From Candidatus Heimdallarchaeum endolithica (GTDB taxonomy: Archaea; Asgardarchaeota; Heimdallarchaeia; Heimdallarchaeales; Heimdallarchaeaceae), in the NCBI GenBank assembly GCA_021513715.1, contig CP084167.1, forward strand, positions 2,592,001 through 2,656,000: a stretch of DNA of 64,000 nt, in the 5' to 3' direction. Shown here in pieces: positions 61,619 through 64,000 of this stretch. Positions within the stretch are counted from its first letter, which is position 1, and every line of letters starts with the position of its first letter. The notes below the pieces were generated by a model, which saw nothing but the letters and a program-made list of their open reading frames with translations, did not search any database and was not told the origin of the DNA. Position numbers and translations under genes: made by a program.

Positions 61619-62308
61619 TTAATTTCTTTTTGTTTCTCTTTCAATTATTCCATCTCTCATGTGAATAGTCCGTTTTGCTACTTTTGCAGCAGATAAGTCA
61701 TGAGTAACCATCAAAATAGTTGTACTCTTTTTCTCATTTAATTCCTTTAAAAGTTCTAAAATTTTTTGTCCAGTTTGTGAATCTAGGTTTCCTGTAGCTT
61801 CGTCACACAATAATATTAATGGATCGTTTACTATGCTTCTCATTATTGCTACTCTTTGTCGTTCTCCCGAACTTAATTCTTCAGGAAACTTGTGTTTTAA
61901 GTTGTTTAAATCAAAATCATCAAACAGTTTGTTTACTTTTTTTCTTCTCTCAGAGTAATCTTGATAATCAAAGATAAGTGGGAGTTCTACATTTTCGTAG
62001 GCAGTCAAACCATCAATTAAGTTGAAAAATTGAAAAACAAACCCTATTTTTCTTCTTCTAAACTGTGCTAGCTCATTTGGAGAGAATTTAGTAACATCTT
62101 CTCCGTCAATTATGATAGTTCCTTTGGTTGGGTGTTCTATTGTTCCAAGTAAGTTTAATAATGTCGTTTTTCCACTTCCTGAAGGGCCTACACAAGAAAC
62201 GAACTCCCCTTTATTTATTGAGAAACTTATATCCTTAACTGCAATAACTTCATTTTCTCCAACAATAAATGACTTTTTTAAATGTTCTACTTTTACAATA
62301 GGATTCAT
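61619..62308 (-). CDS. ABC transporter ATP-binding protein (LolD/MacB-like)
   Basis: 'GPSGSGKT', 'IGFVFQFFNL', 'LSSGERQR', 'CDEATGNLD', 'VTHD'. Confidence 0.92.
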   Translation of the reverse strand: MNPIVKVEHLKKSFIVGENEVIAVKDISFSINKGEFVSCVGPSGSGKTTLLNLLGTIEHPTKGTIIIDGEDVTKFSPNELAQFRRRKIGFVFQFFNLIDGLTAYENVELPLIFDYQDYSERRKKVNKLFDDFDLNNLKHKFPEELSSGERQRVAIMRSIVNDPLILLCDEATGNLDSQTGQKILELLKELNEKKSTTILMVTHDLSAAKVAKRTIHMRDGIIERETKRN

Positions 62309-62491
62309 TCTTGAGAACTATCTTTAACATACACTAATAAAGTTGTTTAAAACACATTAAAACTGTTTTTCTTGAGAAATTTAACGTTTCTTTAATTTTC
62401 TTCAAACTTTCATTTATTTTATGAGCAAAAGTTAAAAAGCATAGTCTTTTTTCCACTCAGTAAAACAAAAATTATGGAGTGAATAAATAAA

Positions 62492-63094
62492 ATGGCAGAA
62501 TTTCATTTAACAACACCGATTCCTCCAGAAAAACTGGAAGAAATAAAGGTTGGGGATATTGTATATATCACGGGTATTGTTATTACTGCTCGTGATGAAG
62601 CACATCTTAAAGCCTTAGAATTGCATGAAGAAGGTAAAAAACCTCCTGTGGACTTTAAGGGAAATGGACTTTTCCATTGTGGTCCAGTTATGAAGAAGAA
62701 TGAAGATGGCTCATGGACTGTTGTTGCAGCTGGACCTACTACTTCTGCAAGAATGGAGATTTTTCAAGACAAGTTTATTAAGGCTTTTCATCCTGGAATT
62801 ATTATTGGCAAGGGAGGAATGATGGAAAGAACAGCAAAAGCATGCCAAGAAGAAAAATGCATCTACGGTTATTTTACTGGTGGAGCAGCTCTTTTAGCTG
62901 CAGATAGAATAAAAGAAGTTAAAGATGTCTTTTGGCTGGAAGAGTTAGGTATGCCTGAATGTTTATGGGTTTATCAAGTAGAAAACTTTGGCCCCTTAAC
63001 TGTTACAATTGATGTTCATGGTGGAAATCTTACAGAAGATAGCAAGAAAAATATCATGAAAAATAAAGAAAAAATTTTGGAGGAGATGAAATAA
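62492..63094 (+). CDS. Fe-S hydro-lyase beta subunit (class I fumarate hydratase / tartrate dehydratase)
   Basis: 'TARDEAH', 'AGPTTSARM', 'GKGGM', 'ELGMPE', 'IDVHG'. Confidence 0.92.
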   Translation: MAEFHLTTPIPPEKLEEIKVGDIVYITGIVITARDEAHLKALELHEEGKKPPVDFKGNGLFHCGPVMKKNEDGSWTVVAAGPTTSARMEIFQDKFIKAFHPGIIIGKGGMMERTAKACQEEKCIYGYFTGGAALLAADRIKEVKDVFWLEELGMPECLWVYQVENFGPLTVTIDVHGGNLTEDSKKNIMKNKEKILEEMK

Positions 63095-63972
63095 TGAAAG
63101 ATATTGCCCAAGTTGTTGAAGATACATCTTTTGAATTACTCAAAGTTGCAGCAACTAAATTACCGAGTGAAGTTAAAGAAACTCTTGTAAAAGGAAAAAA
63201 TGAGACTAAAGGAAGCCTAGGCAAGGCACAAATGAGTGCAATAGTAGAAAATGTTGAACTTGCTGAAACAAATATCAAACCAATGTGCCAAGATACAGGT
63301 CTGGTTGCTTTTTTTGTTAAAATAGGTGATAAATTTCCATTAAGATCAGAAGTTAAAGAGATTCTAAAGAAAGCAACTGAAAGAGCAACAAAAAACGTTC
63401 CCCTTAGACCTAATGCTGTAGATATGTTTGAAGGAAACACAAAAACAAATATAGGGTTAAGAGGATATGTTCCTTGGTTTTATTTTGATCTAGTTGAAGG
63501 TGATAAGCTTGAAATTATAGCTATGCCTAAAGGTGGAGGCAGTAGTAATGTTGGTAAAATGAAGATGATTCCTCCAGGAAAGGGAATAAAAGGAGTAAAA
63601 GAATTTGTTGTAGAAGCTTTAGCTGCTGCAGGACCTCTCGCTTGTCCTCCTTATACAGTGGGAGTAGGTGTAGGTGGAGGAGAAGATATGTGTATGAATC
63701 TAGCGAAAAAAGCTCTTCTTCGTCCTCTTTATCATTATCATGAAGATGAGCGAATTGCAGCTATCGAAAAAGAATTACTTCAAACTCTTAACCAACTAGA
63801 AATTGGTGCTATGGGACTAGGTGAAGGACCATCTGTTCTAGATGTTCATATGGAATTTGCAGCACGTCATCCAGCTAGTTTACCTGTTGGAGTCGTTATT
63901 TCTTGTTGGGCTCTAAGACATGCTGGAGCAACAATTGACAAAGATGGAAATGTTGAGTATCACCCTCATTAG
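63094..63972 (+). CDS. Fe-S hydro-lyase alpha subunit (class I fumarate hydratase / tartrate dehydratase)
   Basis: 'PMCQDTG', 'PKGGGSSN', 'ACPP', 'HPASLPV', 'CWALR'. Confidence 0.92.
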   Translation: MKDIAQVVEDTSFELLKVAATKLPSEVKETLVKGKNETKGSLGKAQMSAIVENVELAETNIKPMCQDTGLVAFFVKIGDKFPLRSEVKEILKKATERATKNVPLRPNAVDMFEGNTKTNIGLRGYVPWFYFDLVEGDKLEIIAMPKGGGSSNVGKMKMIPPGKGIKGVKEFVVEALAAAGPLACPPYTVGVGVGGGEDMCMNLAKKALLRPLYHYHEDERIAAIEKELLQTLNQLEIGAMGLGEGPSVLDVHMEFAARHPASLPVGVVISCWALRHAGATIDKDGNVEYHPH

Positions 63973-64000
63973 AATATCTTCTTCTTTTTTCTATTTTTTA

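Overview
AT-rich archaeal chromosomal window, most likely from an Asgard archaeon (Heimdallarchaeia-like). This is inferred from an archaeal EF-2 family gene, an archaeal pilin, a Rab-like GTPase, cofG/cofH, mptE and GGTGA-type ribosome-binding sites. It holds about 48 protein-coding genes: a MoxR/DUF58 operon, a deazaflavin (FO/F420) precursor operon, an Hrq1/MrfA-type helicase, surface proteins, two CLC channels, an ETF/FAD-oxidoreductase operon, an ABC exporter pair, a GH2 beta-galactosidase, nikR and a two-subunit class I fumarase-type hydro-lyase. There are four mobile elements. Three are copies of a ~1.01 kb IS481-like element, each with a 16-bp target duplication; one copy is frameshifted. 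The standout is a 1833-bp transposase-free element (47488-49320) bounded by 27-bp inverted repeats and a duplicated CATG, inserted cleanly into an ABC transporter gene. It encodes a 485-aa TnpB-family nuclease with the rearranged, Fanzor/IS607-type RuvC active site, followed by a hairpin-rich candidate omegaRNA. Other leads: an unassigned ~350-nt structured ncRNA candidate, a circularly permuted peptide-binding protein, a candidate pyrimidine deaminase coupled to arfC-cofG-cofH, and a PTPS-III/MptE pterin route. No CRISPR array, tRNA or rRNA was recognised. All calls come from motif reading; no database searches were run.
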